In this document: piece after piece, positions 63,870 to 64,000 of the stretch
How positions within the stretch are numbered: position 1 is the stretch's first letter
Layout of the letters: each line of letters starts with the position of its first letter
Origin: the human T2T-CHM13v2.0 reference genome, Homo sapiens
Direction: 5' to 3' (one strand)
NCBI RefSeq assembly: GCF_009914755.1
Contig: NC_060933.1
DNA length: 64,000 bases
Translations under genes and position numbers: made by a program
The notes under the pieces: generated by a model
Seen by the model: the letters and a program-made list of their open reading frames with translations, nothing else
The model's database searches: none
What the model was told of the DNA's origin: nothing

Positions 63870-64000
63870 TATGGCTTATAGTAGCAGACTTCTGATTTTT
63901 AACTGGGTGAATAGCCACCTGGGATAAAGAGGACATTCCCTAGCCTCCCTTGCAGCTAGGTGTGGTTGTGTGATTAAGTTGAAGCAAATGAGATATAAGT
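63870..64000 (+). mobile_element. MLT1H-like LTR (runs off the window)
   Basis: CATTCCCTAGCCTCCCTTGCAGCTAGGTGTGG...GTGATTAAGTT. Confidence 0.75.

Overview
Primate, almost certainly human, genomic DNA with no credible protein-coding exon, CpG island or functional RNA gene. The window is dominated by interspersed repeats: about 33 Alu pieces (J, S, Y, monomers), many MIR and L2, an L3/CR1, old L1MB/MC/ME fragments, MaLR, ERVL and ERV1 solo LTRs (including MER52) and hAT MITEs (MER3, MER5A, MER30, MER45A, MER58, MER81). The supplied ORFs I could assign are repeat- or low-complexity-derived, and none of the others resembles a known protein. The most interesting signals are non-canonical retrotransposition products. 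(1) A ~940-bp palindrome (62262-63202) in which an inverted Alu of a different subfamily carries a 90-bp copy of its neighbour's upstream flank inside its own TSD. (2) A ~52-nt double-hairpin retrocopy with poly(A) and a 12-bp TSD (5423-5491). (3) An Alu with a 59-nt hairpin leader inside its TSD (1021-1079). (4) A retrocopy of precursor U8 snoRNA. Candidate regulatory sites include a strong CTCF motif in an LTR41-like element and kappaB sites in MER81. L1 strand bias suggests an intron of a + strand gene. Repeat family names come from recalled consensus sequences, not a search. Boundaries of old repeats are approximate.
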